From sequence record KY555144.1: 64,000 bases of DNA; one strand, given 5' to 3'. How positions within the stretch are numbered: the first letter of the stretch is position 1; every line of letters starts with the position of its first letter. Positions 8,576 to 18,055 of the stretch are shown here, piece after piece. The notes beneath the pieces were generated by a model, which was given only the letters and a program-made list of their open reading frames with translations, was not told the origin of the DNA and ran no database searches. The translations under genes and the position numbers were made by a program.

Positions 8576-8884
8576 ATGCGCTATGTGCTCGACTATGCCG
8601 ACGACCGGGACAAGCCGGTCTACACCGATTTCCAGGCCGGCGACCGCAAGGCGGCCATCGCCAAGGCCAAGCGCCTGCTCGCCAAGGCGATCAAGACCGT
8701 CGATTTCTCGCTCCACGGGGCCTACATCTTCGTCGATCCGACGGGCGTCGCCCGCGACGTCGACGACATGATCCCGTTCGGGATGCTGAGCACGATGGCC
8801 TACGCCAGCATCATCACCCCGTCGATGATCTCGTTCGACGACCGCGACGCCAAGGCGGCGATCGCCGCGAGGCTCGTCCAATGA
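8576..8884 (+). CDS. hypothetical protein
   Basis: AAGGAG RBS; first gene of the rightward arm. Confidence 0.85.
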   Translation: MRYVLDYADDRDKPVYTDFQAGDRKAAIAKAKRLLAKAIKTVDFSLHGAYIFVDPTGVARDVDDMIPFGMLSTMAYASIITPSMISFDDRDAKAAIAARLVQ

Positions 8885-9093
8885 TGGATCGTCAGGACGT
8901 TCAGCCCGGCTTCATCTATCGCGGTGGCAAGAACGGAACCCTCCGTCAGATCGTGAGCTATGGGGCGACCGAGGATTTCGTCTGCTGGGCCAATCCCCAC
9001 GACCGCCTGCCCTACGGCGGCTTCATCTCCACCATCTGCACGTCCAGAACGTCGTTCGCCCGCTGGGCCGACAAGATCGAGGAAGAGGTCTGA
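8881..9093 (+). CDS. hypothetical protein
   Basis: ATGA overlap. Confidence 0.75.
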   Translation: MMDRQDVQPGFIYRGGKNGTLRQIVSYGATEDFVCWANPHDRLPYGGFISTICTSRTSFARWADKIEEEV

Positions 9094-9365
9094 TGAACAC
9101 CTTCTTCCTCCGGCAGACCAAACGGGACGAGCAGGGTCGACGCTACTTCGAGTTCGTCGATCCTGACCTGACCCAGCGCCTCTATGTCCGCAAGCCGCCG
9201 GACGACTGGTCCGAGGGCTTCCCGATCGTCCTGGAAGACTTCGTCGACGGCAAGCCCGCCGGCTCCATCATCTGCCCGGCCGGGAAAAAGCGGGGGCACG
9301 GATTCGCGGCCTTCTTCAAGGCCAACCCCAAGGATTTCCGCAAGCTCAAGAAAGGTCGCCTATGA
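9093..9365 (+). CDS. hypothetical protein
   Basis: TGATG overlap, GAGG RBS. Confidence 0.75.
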   Translation: MNTFFLRQTKRDEQGRRYFEFVDPDLTQRLYVRKPPDDWSEGFPIVLEDFVDGKPAGSIICPAGKKRGHGFAAFFKANPKDFRKLKKGRL

Positions 9366-9619
9366 GGATTCCCCAGCCCGTCGAATTCACCGTGGCCGAC
9401 CTCATCGCCCACCTTGCGACCCTTCCCCAGGACGCCAAGGTCGGCGTGCGTGGCGGGTTCGGGGGCTTCCGGCCGCTCGACGAGATCGCCCCGATCGAAC
9501 TCGTCACCTTCTACGGCGCGACCGACGTCGACCGCATGACGCTGGCGACCGCCGACCCCATCGCCATCAACTGGAAGGGCAAGCGCGGCGAGCCCTTCAC
9601 GGCCATCATTCTCGACTAG
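9362..9619 (+). CDS. hypothetical protein
   Basis: ATGA overlap. Confidence 0.75.
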   Translation: MRIPQPVEFTVADLIAHLATLPQDAKVGVRGGFGGFRPLDEIAPIELVTFYGATDVDRMTLATADPIAINWKGKRGEPFTAIILD

Positions 9620-9627
9620 GAGGACCC

Positions 9628-9867
9628 ATGACCAACCATGTCTGGATTGAACTCGAACCGTCCGCGTCCGAGGGCCACGCCCGCGCCGCCGCCGCGTCGG
9701 CCATGCTGAAGCGCCTGGGTGTCGACGTCGGCGTCCACAAGCCGGTGTTCTGGCACGAGCGCAATGAGCGCTACTGCTTCACGCTCGACGCCTCGGGCGT
9801 CTACGTCGAGGCCGAGGACCACGGCCACTGGTACAACCTCGATTTCCTGGCGGGCGCCGATGTCTGA
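9628..9867 (+). CDS. hypothetical protein
   Basis: GGAGG RBS, ATG 9628 (MTNHVWIE). Confidence 0.75.
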   Translation: MTNHVWIELEPSASEGHARAAAASAMLKRLGVDVGVHKPVFWHERNERYCFTLDASGVYVEAEDHGHWYNLDFLAGADV

Positions 9868-10255
9868 GGTCTTCCCGCCGATCCGCCCCCGCGAGGCCAG
9901 GGACGAGGAAATCCACGGCTTCGTCGTCCGCTACGGCTGGTTCTGGAACGTGACCCTGCTGAACGGCACGATCCTGGCCTTCGATCCCGACGATGTCGAC
10001 CCCTGCCGCTACGGCGTGACGGGCAAGGACGACTTCCGCAACCTCGCCGGCGCGCCCGAGACGATCGCGGCCTACGAGTGCGTCCAGGGCTGGCACGCCA
10101 AGGCCAAGCACCTCTCGGGCTGGACCGAACGTCACGACGACCGGCTCGAAGCCCTGCGGACGGCTTATCGCCGCCTGGAGGAGCAGCGCGAGCGCAACAG
10201 CCGCGCCCTGGAGGAGCACGGCGGCATCTTCAAGTTTCTGGAAGGTCAGGACTGA
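9860..10255 (+). CDS. hypothetical protein
   Basis: ATG 9860 (MSEVFPPI) overlapping the upstream stop. Confidence 0.75.
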   Translation: MSEVFPPIRPREARDEEIHGFVVRYGWFWNVTLLNGTILAFDPDDVDPCRYGVTGKDDFRNLAGAPETIAAYECVQGWHAKAKHLSGWTERHDDRLEALRTAYRRLEEQRERNSRALEEHGGIFKFLEGQD

Positions 10256-10497
10256 TGCAGAGGACCCTCCATTCGACCGGCCAGGAACTTTCGGTCAAGT
10301 TCAAGTTCCCCAGTGAAAACCTGACCTTGACCGTGCATGCCGAACAGGACAGCCCGATGGCGTTCCTTTGGGTCGAAGGCCGCTCGGTCGACTATTTCGA
10401 GAAGCTCCTGAGCTTCGAGCCGGCCGATCTCGATCTCTTGATCGCCACCCTGTCCGAGGCGCGCAAGATGATCCGCGAGCGCGAGCCGCAGGACTGA
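10255..10497 (+). CDS. hypothetical protein
   Basis: TGATG overlap (MQRTLHST). Confidence 0.7.
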   Translation: MQRTLHSTGQELSVKFKFPSENLTLTVHAEQDSPMAFLWVEGRSVDYFEKLLSFEPADLDLLIATLSEARKMIREREPQD

Positions 10498-10498
10498 C

Positions 10499-10753
10499 AT
10501 GCTGACCAAGGACGAGATCACCTTCGCGGGCCTGATCAAGGCCATGGAGGACGCCCGACGCACCGCCAAGGCGGCGGGCGATCTCGTCAGCACGGCCGAG
10601 ATCGCCCGCTGGTTCAAGGAACACGCGCCGATCATCCGGGAGGTCCGCGACAAGGCCGAGGCTGACGAATTCGACGCTGGCGCGAGAGTGTTGACAACCT
10701 CTGAGGAAGGGGCTAAAGACACCCTCGACGACAGCGAAAGGAGCCTGCCTTGA
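10499..10753 (+). CDS. hypothetical protein
   Basis: operon packing; 3' end overlaps a promoter cassette. Confidence 0.7.
   Translation: MLTKDEITFAGLIKAMEDARRTAKAAGDLVSTAEIARWFKEHAPIIREVRDKAEADEFDAGARVLTTSEEGAKDTLDDSERSLP
10688..10744 (+). promoter_or_regulatory. sigma70-type promoter with leader
   Basis: GTGTTGACAACC..GGCTAAAG..CCTCGACGACAGCGAAAGGAG. Confidence 0.8.
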
Positions 10754-11769
10754 CCGACTTCCCGATCATCCGCGCCGCCATCTCGCCCCGCCGGGCCGCC
10801 CAGTTCGACGCCGCCCTGGCGAACGTGAAGGCCTTCACCGAGGAAGGCGTCCTGATCAAGGCCGAGTGGAACGACATCAAGGACACGTTCAGCCGCGCGA
10901 TCGCCGAGACCTGGGACGCGTTCAAGGACAAGGAATACTACCCCCGCGCCCGCCAGGGCGAGCACGAGAACGTTGGCAAGCTCTACTGGGAGCTTCTGAG
11001 CCCCTACCCCCATGTGCTGGCCGGCTATCTGAAGAAGGTCCAGAACGCCAAGAACATCGAGCCGGCGATCCTGCGCGATTTCCCGATCGCCTTCTTCACC
11101 GAGGCCCTGCCGCTCAACGACATGCTGGTCGCCCTGAAGCCGCTGATCGGCAAGCGCGCGCCCAAGAAGACCAAGGTCCAGATCGAGCGCGAGGGCAAGG
11201 AGCGGACCTGTCAGGTCTGCGGTCGCGGCATCCTGGCCGAGAACGGCCGGATCGCCCACCACGGCTATCAGCGCCCCGGCATGGGCTATCAGACCCCCTC
11301 GTGCAGCGGCGCCCTGGAACTGCCCTTCGAGATCAGCCGCGACGCCCTGGGCGTCGACATCGAGAACCTGAAGGCCTACCGCGCCCGCCGGCAGACCTAT
11401 CGCTCCGACGTCAACCTGGAACTGGTCAGCCTGCCGGTCAAGTATCAGGTCTCCGAGCAGGACCCGCGCCGCGCGCCGGGCTTCAAGCATGTGGTCGACA
11501 AGATGATCCACGTCACCCGCGCCGACTGGGACGCCCAGAAGGCCGAAATCCCCGAGGCCTTCGCCGGCAAGTACGGGCCGCGCAAGCCCAACTACACCTA
11601 CGAGCCCTTCACCTTCGACGCCCTGAAGACCCAGGTCCTGGGCATGGTCGACGGCGAGATCGAGTTCATCACCGGCACGATCCGGGCGCAGCAGAAGCGC
11701 TATGACGACTGGAAGCAGACGATGGAGTTCGTCGACGGCCAGTACCGGACGCTGGAGGTCGCGGCTTGA
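10750..11769 (+). CDS. hypothetical protein with putative Zn-binding motif
   Basis: TTG start after AAGGAG; CQVCGR...HHGY...SCSG. Confidence 0.85.
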   Translation: MTDFPIIRAAISPRRAAQFDAALANVKAFTEEGVLIKAEWNDIKDTFSRAIAETWDAFKDKEYYPRARQGEHENVGKLYWELLSPYPHVLAGYLKKVQNAKNIEPAILRDFPIAFFTEALPLNDMLVALKPLIGKRAPKKTKVQIEREGKERTCQVCGRGILAENGRIAHHGYQRPGMGYQTPSCSGALELPFEISRDALGVDIENLKAYRARRQTYRSDVNLELVSLPVKYQVSEQDPRRAPGFKHVVDKMIHVTRADWDAQKAEIPEAFAGKYGPRKPNYTYEPFTFDALKTQVLGMVDGEIEFITGTIRAQQKRYDDWKQTMEFVDGQYRTLEVAA

Positions 11770-11954
11770 CTATCACTGCCCACGCAGAATCCGTCCTGGC
11801 GCTCCAGGCGCAGGCCGCCGACACCCTCAATCGGGTGATCGGAGAGCGCAACGCCGCCACGGGCGCGAAGAAAACGCGCCTGCGCCGCCTGACCCTGATC
11901 CTTGAAGACGTGATGGGCGCCTGCAACGACGCCGTGGAGGAGATGCGCCGGTGA
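11766..11954 (+). CDS. hypothetical protein
   Basis: TTGA overlap. Confidence 0.65.
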   Translation: MTITAHAESVLALQAQAADTLNRVIGERNAATGAKKTRLRRLTLILEDVMGACNDAVEEMRR

Positions 11955-12346
11955 TCTTCAGTTCCAAAACCCAGCCCCACTGCCGCTGCTGCGCCAAGCC
12001 GATCAAGAAGCACACTCGCCGCCACTATTTCGGCTCCAGGGAAGCCAAGGACAACGGCTGGTCGCTCGACCGGATCGAGACCCCGATGTCGGAGGACGAA
12101 CTGCGCCGGCTGGTGAACGGTCATATCGTCTCGTTCGCCTGGAGCCACGACGTCACCTACGACGCCAACTACAAGGCCGTGCGGAAGAAGACCCACATCG
12201 CCTGGGCCAACGTCTGGGACGGCGAGACCTACGAGGACGGCTATTTCTGCACCCTGCGATGCGCCGCCGCGTTCGGGAGCATGGTGGCCGAGCACTATCC
12301 CGATATCCACACCCAGGCCTACGCCGACTTCAAGGGCAAGCGATGA
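11951..12346 (+). CDS. hypothetical Zn-finger protein
   Basis: HCRCC...YFCTLRCA. Confidence 0.75.
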   Translation: MIFSSKTQPHCRCCAKPIKKHTRRHYFGSREAKDNGWSLDRIETPMSEDELRRLVNGHIVSFAWSHDVTYDANYKAVRKKTHIAWANVWDGETYEDGYFCTLRCAAAFGSMVAEHYPDIHTQAYADFKGKR

Positions 12347-13065
12347 ACGACGAGATCAAGAGAACCCACGAGGCCTACGGGACCATCGGCTATAGCCACA
12401 CCCAGGGCGACACCGATCTGGTCGGCGTCGACTACGCCCAGGGCCATTATGTGACCCTGACGATCAAGACGGCCATCGCCCATGAGGGCGAGACCCATGA
12501 CCGCTTCCACGGCGACAAGTACATCTGCAAGGTGGCGATGAGCGAGGTCCAGTGGGCCGCCTTCATCGCCAATCCGAACCGGGGCGACGGCGTGCCCTGC
12601 ACCTTGCAGTTCTATCGCGATCCGCTGACCGGTGAGACCAAGCACCCGAAATATCATCGCGAGCAAATGACCCGCGTCGAGCGCACCCGCGAGGCCGTCA
12701 CCGCCCGCGCCAAGGCCCTGTCGACCAAGGTCAAGGAGGCCCAGGCCGAGCTTCAGCGGCTGATGGATGGCGGCCCGATCAAGAAAGGCGATCTGAAGAC
12801 GCTCAAGGACCTGCTCTACTTCGCCAACCAGGACATGGAGTCGAACCTCGGCTACTTCGTCGAGCGGGTGGAGGAGACCATCGACAAGGCGGTGGTCGAC
12901 GCCAAGGCCCAGGTCGACGCCCATCTCGACTTCGTGGTTCGCGAACTGGGGGTGCGGGCTCTGGGCGCGCGGCTCCAGGAGGCCATCGACGCGGGCCATG
13001 ATCCCGGCGCCATGGGGCAGGCCCTGATCGGGCTCGTGGCGCCGCCGGAGGCAGACCCGACGTGA
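12343..13065 (+). CDS. hypothetical protein
   Basis: start trimmed to ATG 12343; coiled-coil C-terminal half. Confidence 0.8.
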   Translation: MNDEIKRTHEAYGTIGYSHTQGDTDLVGVDYAQGHYVTLTIKTAIAHEGETHDRFHGDKYICKVAMSEVQWAAFIANPNRGDGVPCTLQFYRDPLTGETKHPKYHREQMTRVERTREAVTARAKALSTKVKEAQAELQRLMDGGPIKKGDLKTLKDLLYFANQDMESNLGYFVERVEETIDKAVVDAKAQVDAHLDFVVRELGVRALGARLQEAIDAGHDPGAMGQALIGLVAPPEADPT

Positions 13066-13307
13066 GCCGCCGGTTCCTCAACCGCTGGGCCGAGGCGGTC
13101 GACGGCTCGCCCCAGTCCAAGCCCTTCCGGACCAAGGGCCTGTCGTTCGCCCATGCCCGCAGGACGGCGCGGGAGACCCAAGGGGTCGTCGCCGTCGAAC
13201 ACCAAGAGCCCGTCAGCGACGCCTCGCCCAACTGGGCGGTGATCGAGCGCTGGGAATTCTATCCCGACGGCCGTGAGCGCCGCACCCTCAAGCTGGAGAC
13301 CGTCTGA
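13062..13307 (+). CDS. hypothetical protein
   Basis: GTGA overlap. Confidence 0.7.
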   Translation: MSRRFLNRWAEAVDGSPQSKPFRTKGLSFAHARRTARETQGVVAVEHQEPVSDASPNWAVIERWEFYPDGRERRTLKLETV

Positions 13308-13308
13308 C

Positions 13309-13803
13309 ATGACCCGCAGCACCGCCGACATCATCGCCCGCATCAAGGCCCTGGAGGAAGACCCCACCGACTTCTTCGGCTTCCAGGCCAATGATCTGGT
13401 CTGCTACCTCCCGTTCGAGGCCGCCAAGCCCTGGCTGAATGAAAACGCCACGCCCGAGGTCTGGACGCCCAACGTCAACACCCCCGAGGCGATCAAGCAG
13501 GTCATCCTCGACTACATGGAGTTCGCCTGGGACAAGGCCAACAACCGGCGCGGTCTGTCGGCTGGGCGCTCGCTAGACCACATGAAGGCGTGGCTCTGGA
13601 TGCTGGACGAGGACGCGGCCTGGGTCGCGGCCTTGAAGCTCTCCGACTACACCCACTACGGCAAGCCGCAGCTTCGCGCGATCTGCAAGCGCTTCGGCTG
13701 GGACTGGACGCAGTGGGACGACGGGCGGTGGTCCAGCCGCGAGTTTGGCGATGATCACGCGCCCGAGGAAGTCGAGGAAGTTGGGCTCATCGAACCCGTC
13801 TGA
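13309..13803 (+). CDS. conserved hypothetical phage protein
   Basis: ATG 13309; YMEFAWDKANNRRGLSAGRSLDH...HYGKPQL. Confidence 0.8.
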   Translation: MTRSTADIIARIKALEEDPTDFFGFQANDLVCYLPFEAAKPWLNENATPEVWTPNVNTPEAIKQVILDYMEFAWDKANNRRGLSAGRSLDHMKAWLWMLDEDAAWVAALKLSDYTHYGKPQLRAICKRFGWDWTQWDDGRWSSREFGDDHAPEEVEEVGLIEPV

Positions 13804-13821
13804 GTCTTTCCTGGCGTGAAA

Positions 13822-13877
13822 GTGTTGACAGCCTGAAGGGACTCCTCTACACCCACGCTCGACGACAACGAGAGGAG
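13822..13877 (+). promoter_or_regulatory. sigma70-type promoter with leader
   Basis: GTGTTGACAG..CTCTACAC..CTCGACGACAACGAGAGGAG; GANTC sites at 13802 and 13840. Confidence 0.8.
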
Positions 13878-13882
13878 TTCCC

Positions 13883-15652
13883 ATGGCCGAGACCATGACC
13901 CTGAGTTTCCGGATCGAAGGCGCCGCCCTGGTGGAGCGGGCGCGCGATCGTGTCATCGAAGGTAACTGGGAGCACGGCCTGCGCATCCTGGTCGAGGGCC
14001 TGCACGGCATGTCCTACGAACTCGCGATCGACATCCTGCTCGGCAAGCACACCCTGGGCGGCTGGTCCTCGGACCCCGAAGGCGTCTATCTCACCGACCA
14101 GGACCCGGAGGACGAGACTTTCAAGCGTTACAAGAAAACCCTCGACTACCAGTTCGCCGGCGTCTTCAAGCTGGAGGATGGCCGGATCATGCGTCCCTAC
14201 GCCGTGGTCGACAGCTTCTCCAAGATCGACTTCGACTCCAGGGTCCGCTTCCTGCGGCTGGCCCAGGGCTCGGACCCGGTGTTCTCGCGCCCCAAGCGCT
14301 ATCACGACACCCGCGCCGAGATCAACGGCGAGGAGATCGACTGGGCCTATCGCGCCCTGCACTACGCCGACGAGCCGACCCAGGACATCGTCCGTCTGGT
14401 CCGTATGGAGGGCTTCCATCCCACGATCCGAGCGGCGGTCCTGTTCAAGGAAGTCCGCGACTATCCCAAGCTCCTACTTCCGAAGGTCGAGACCGACGCC
14501 CAGAAGGCCGTCGATGTGGCGATCAAGGCCCAGCGCGGCCTCTCCAAGCGCGGGCACGTCTACGAGTACGGCGCTGGTCAGGACTTCGACAAGGAGCACT
14601 ACAAGACCACCATGGGGATCGATCAGGTCCCCACCGCCTGGACCGTGCGCAACCCGAAATACGTCGAGCCGAGCGTCGAGATCGCCCTGGCCGAGGCCAA
14701 CAAGGTCTCCGCCGTCAAGGCGATCGAAGCCGCTGGCGGTTCGATGGATCATGCCGGCGCCATGAACCGGATGGTCAAGGACGAGATGGACGGTGGCATG
14801 GACATCAGCACGGCCGTCGCCATGACCCAGGCCAAGATGGCGCTGCTGGGCGGCATGGCCGAGGACCCCGAGCAGCGCCTGCGGGCGATCAACGACGCCT
14901 ACGCCGCCAAGTACGAGAAGGCCGAGGGCCGCAGCGTCGAGGAGTACCGCAAGGCCATCATCGCCCAAGCTGGCGATGACTTCTTCGATCTCGCGTACAC
15001 GGATGTGGACGGCAAGGAGGTCGTCCTGAAGGTCCCGACCGCGCCGTTCGAGCAATGGGCTCTGTGGCGCACCGCCGGCGCCCACCTCGCCAAGCCCTGG
15101 AAGCGGGTGACCTACACCGGCTTCAAGACGTTCGGCGATGATCCCTATCACACCGACTGGGTGCTGGGCGCGGGGCTCAACCCCGAGGACTGGCCGATCA
15201 TCGAGGCCGACAACCCGCCGCTCCACAAGGCCGCCTGGGAAAAGCGCTTCCGGCTGGCCGAGGAGAAGCTGGGCGGCAACATGCGCGTCCTGCTCGGCAA
15301 GGGTTACGTGACCGGCAAGATCGTGATGCTCAAGCCGGGCGAGGCCCTGTCTCCGGGCGAGATCGGCGTGATCCGCAACGCCGGCCCTGACTATGTCCAG
15401 GCCGCCCAGAGCGCCATCGAGCACAACTCCGCCTTGATCTGCGAGAACGGCGGCAGCGTCGCCCACCTCGTGGTCGAGTATCTGGACAAGCCCCTGCGTC
15501 TGGCGCGGATCGAGAACGCCCGCAAGATTTTCAAGGACGGCATGACCGTCTACCTCGACTTCGACAAGTCCACGCGCGAGATCGGCAAGGGAAGCCTTGG
15601 CCCGAGCCCGGCGGACCTTGGACTCGACACGCAATGGGAGATTTTCGAATGA
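13883..15652 (+). CDS. 589-aa protein with C-terminal PEP-utilising-enzyme mobile (phosphohistidine swivel) domain
   Basis: GYVTGKIV..GEIGVIRNAGPDY..ALICENGGSVAHLVV..IFKDGMTVYLD resembles the PEP-utiliser mobile domain; His528 retained. Confidence 0.8.
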   Translation: MAETMTLSFRIEGAALVERARDRVIEGNWEHGLRILVEGLHGMSYELAIDILLGKHTLGGWSSDPEGVYLTDQDPEDETFKRYKKTLDYQFAGVFKLEDGRIMRPYAVVDSFSKIDFDSRVRFLRLAQGSDPVFSRPKRYHDTRAEINGEEIDWAYRALHYADEPTQDIVRLVRMEGFHPTIRAAVLFKEVRDYPKLLLPKVETDAQKAVDVAIKAQRGLSKRGHVYEYGAGQDFDKEHYKTTMGIDQVPTAWTVRNPKYVEPSVEIALAEANKVSAVKAIEAAGGSMDHAGAMNRMVKDEMDGGMDISTAVAMTQAKMALLGGMAEDPEQRLRAINDAYAAKYEKAEGRSVEEYRKAIIAQAGDDFFDLAYTDVDGKEVVLKVPTAPFEQWALWRTAGAHLAKPWKRVTYTGFKTFGDDPYHTDWVLGAGLNPEDWPIIEADNPPLHKAAWEKRFRLAEEKLGGNMRVLLGKGYVTGKIVMLKPGEALSPGEIGVIRNAGPDYVQAAQSAIEHNSALICENGGSVAHLVVEYLDKPLRLARIENARKIFKDGMTVYLDFDKSTREIGKGSLGPSPADLGLDTQWEIFE

Positions 15653-15945
15653 GCGAGAAGTGGCAATCGGTTGAGGAAGCCGCCAATAACCTCTCCGGCT
15701 GGAACGTGCGCTCGGCCCAGATGGCGGTCGCCGGCGGGACCCTCTACCGGACGATCGTCTCGCGCGACAGCCAAGGCGCGGCGCCGGCGGTGACCACGAC
15801 CTTCGTCCCGGACGCCCCGCCGCAGTTCACCGTCCAGGTCACCGACGAGGACCTCCGCAGTCTCGCCGAGTGCAAGGACGTCGCCAGGGCGCGCAGTCTG
15901 TTCCGGGGCATCCTGAAGGCTCACGGCCTGGAGATCATCGCCTGA
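15649..15945 (+). CDS. hypothetical protein
   Basis: ATGA overlap; VAGGTLYR..TFVP motif shared with 8261..8440. Confidence 0.75.
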   Translation: MSEKWQSVEEAANNLSGWNVRSAQMAVAGGTLYRTIVSRDSQGAAPAVTTTFVPDAPPQFTVQVTDEDLRSLAECKDVARARSLFRGILKAHGLEIIA

Positions 15946-16139
15946 TGCCGCTGTTCGAGCTTTCCGTCACCGCGATCCATCGCGACACCGTCACGGTGGA
16001 GGCCGACAGCGAGGCGCAGGCACGCGCCCGCATCCTTGAGGGAGGCTATTCCGACGGGGGCGACGTCAAGTCGGTCGTCCACGACATCGAGCCCGAGATC
16101 GAGATCGTCGATGTCACCCTGATCGAAGAGGAGGACTGA
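15945..16139 (+). CDS. small acidic hypothetical protein
   Basis: TGATG overlap (MPLFELSV). Confidence 0.7.
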   Translation: MPLFELSVTAIHRDTVTVEADSEAQARARILEGGYSDGGDVKSVVHDIEPEIEIVDVTLIEEED

Positions 16140-16142
16140 CCT

Positions 16143-16301
16143 TTGGCAACAGACGACGCCCAGGCTAAGCGTGCCGCCGAGATTATGGATGCCCGCTACG
16201 GTGAGGCATGGCGACATCGGCCCATGCTGAGAAGCCCCGAATGGGCGCAGGCTTGGGAAGAAGCCGGCCGTGCGCCTCCAGAAGACCTGAAGGAAGACTG
16301 A
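16143..16301 (+). CDS. 52-aa hypothetical protein (below ORF-track cutoff)
   Basis: GGAGG upstream, TTG start, fills the gap exactly. Confidence 0.55.
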   Translation: MATDDAQAKRAAEIMDARYGEAWRHRPMLRSPEWAQAWEEAGRAPPEDLKED

Positions 16302-16302
16302 C

Positions 16303-16809
16303 ATGGCCGACTTCAGCCGCGCCCGCCGGTCCATGGAGACCGCCGACCTGATCGAGCGCCTCAAGGCTCTCCATGACCTGGAGGACGCGCGCGACATCCC
16401 GGACGAGGAGACCAAGGCCGCCTTGAAGGAGGCGGTGGTCCAGTTGGGTATGCTGACCGAGCAGGTCGAACTCAGCGAGACCCTCCAGAAGTCCTATCTG
16501 AACCTCGTCAACTTCTACAAGACCGACGCCCTGGCCTCCTCCCAGGAACCTGATTTCAAGCGCGCCGCCAAAGAGCTTCACCTGATCGAGACCTACCCGC
16601 CCAGGCTGCGGCTCGCGGTCGCCGGCTTCCGCAAGGCCATGGACGAGCAAGGCTTCCTGACCGGCGAGGCCGGAAGGGCGATCAGCCGGCTGATCAGCAA
16701 GCATCTCGACCACGATCTGGCGGGCCTGCTGGGGTCCGAAATCAATTATTACACGCGTAAGGCCATCGCCGCCTTGCGGGGGCTGGCCCCCGAGGAGCCC
16801 AAAGCATGA
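16303..16809 (+). CDS. hypothetical protein
   Basis: AAGGA RBS, operon packing. Confidence 0.8.
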   Translation: MADFSRARRSMETADLIERLKALHDLEDARDIPDEETKAALKEAVVQLGMLTEQVELSETLQKSYLNLVNFYKTDALASSQEPDFKRAAKELHLIETYPPRLRLAVAGFRKAMDEQGFLTGEAGRAISRLISKHLDHDLAGLLGSEINYYTRKAIAALRGLAPEEPKA

Positions 16810-17378
16810 TCGATCCGAAAGCCAAACTCGCTGACCAAGTCGCCGGCCTCGGCCGTGACGGCGCTCGCCTCTGCGCCGAGGTGCAGGAACGCTGTACCAA
16901 CAACATCGCCGACGCCGTGCTGGAATTCGTTGCCGACGCCGAGACGATCATCGAGCGCCAGCAAAAGCGCGTCGATGAACTCCAGGTCTCGACGGCGCGG
17001 CGGATGCACGTCGAGCGGGCCTATCTGCGGGTGATCCAGGAGTTCATCGCCGCCAAGCGCCTGCCGAGCCTGACGGCGTTCCATGATGCGGTCGGCATGC
17101 TCCAGGCCCAGACCGAGCAGATGAACGGCGACATCGAGCGGCTCGCGACCTATCTGCGCGGACTGGACCGGCGCGCCATGGACCCTAAGCTGAAGGACCT
17201 CGTGGAGCACCTGGACTTCTACATCTTCCACGAGTTGATGCGAAAGATACACTACATCGAGCATTTCGTCCTGCGAGACGCCCGCCTCGCCCTGGTCAGC
17301 CTGACCGAGGCCGACTTCGGGCGGATGGGGCTGGGCGAGCGGCCCGAGCCCCCGGTCAGCCAGGACATGCCGTCGTGA
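16806..17378 (+). CDS. hypothetical coiled-coil protein
   Basis: ATGA overlap. Confidence 0.8.
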   Translation: MIDPKAKLADQVAGLGRDGARLCAEVQERCTNNIADAVLEFVADAETIIERQQKRVDELQVSTARRMHVERAYLRVIQEFIAAKRLPSLTAFHDAVGMLQAQTEQMNGDIERLATYLRGLDRRAMDPKLKDLVEHLDFYIFHELMRKIHYIEHFVLRDARLALVSLTEADFGRMGLGERPEPPVSQDMPS

Positions 17379-17608
17379 TCGAGCATGTCTATCGTCGCGA
17401 TCCGCGCGGGCGCGATTACGGGCTCCAATGCCTGGACCTCGACGAGGCGCTGAAGATCGTCGCGGCCGAGAAGCAGGACTTCCTTCTGCGCTTGGTCGCG
17501 GTCCTGCACGAGAACAACCTTCTGCGCGACGCCGACGTCATGGAACTGCTCGGCAGGGGCTGGGCGCTTGAACCCTATGATCTCCACTACAGCGACGCCG
17601 ACGATTAG
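17375..17608 (+). CDS. hypothetical protein
   Basis: GTGA overlap. Confidence 0.7.
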   Translation: MIEHVYRRDPRGRDYGLQCLDLDEALKIVAAEKQDFLLRLVAVLHENNLLRDADVMELLGRGWALEPYDLHYSDADD

Positions 17609-17610
17609 GC

Positions 17611-17663
17611 GTTGACAACACTCTCGCGCCAACATAGAAGGGTCCTCGACGACAACGAGGAGG
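17611..17663 (+). promoter_or_regulatory. sigma70-type promoter cassette (46 bp identical to 34272)
   Basis: TTGACAACACTCTCGCGCCAACATAGAAGGGTCCTCGACGACAACG-AGGAGG. Confidence 0.85.
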
Positions 17664-17668
17664 CTTCG

Positions 17669-18052
17669 ATGAAGCTCGCGACCCAAGACCGCACCGACCC
17701 GCGCCTGAACGCGCGCTACCGTCTCGCCAAGGCGGTGTTCTACTATGGCGGCCCGCACGAGTACCCGATCCACCTGAACGACTGGTGGAACGAGGTGACG
17801 CCGGCCGACGTCGAGGACCGCATCTCCGAACTCTGCCGCGAACTGTCCAAGCTGTCGGGCCAGACCCTGGCGCCGGCGACCTTCTACGAACGGATGAAGC
17901 TGGGCTTCGTCGACCTCCCGGAAGTGAAGGACGAGGACTTCGCCGCCCTGTCGGAGACGACCCGCAACAACCTGCTCGCCATGCAGGACCGCTTCTCGGT
18001 CCACGGGAGCGGCTTCATGCTCTACTGGAACATCGTCAAAGAGGAGGCCTGA
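17669..18052 (+). CDS. hypothetical protein
   Basis: start trimmed to the ATG after GAGGAGG. Confidence 0.8.
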   Translation: MKLATQDRTDPRLNARYRLAKAVFYYGGPHEYPIHLNDWWNEVTPADVEDRISELCRELSKLSGQTLAPATFYERMKLGFVDLPEVKDEDFAALSETTRNNLLAMQDRFSVHGSGFMLYWNIVKEEA

Positions 18053-18055
18053 GCC

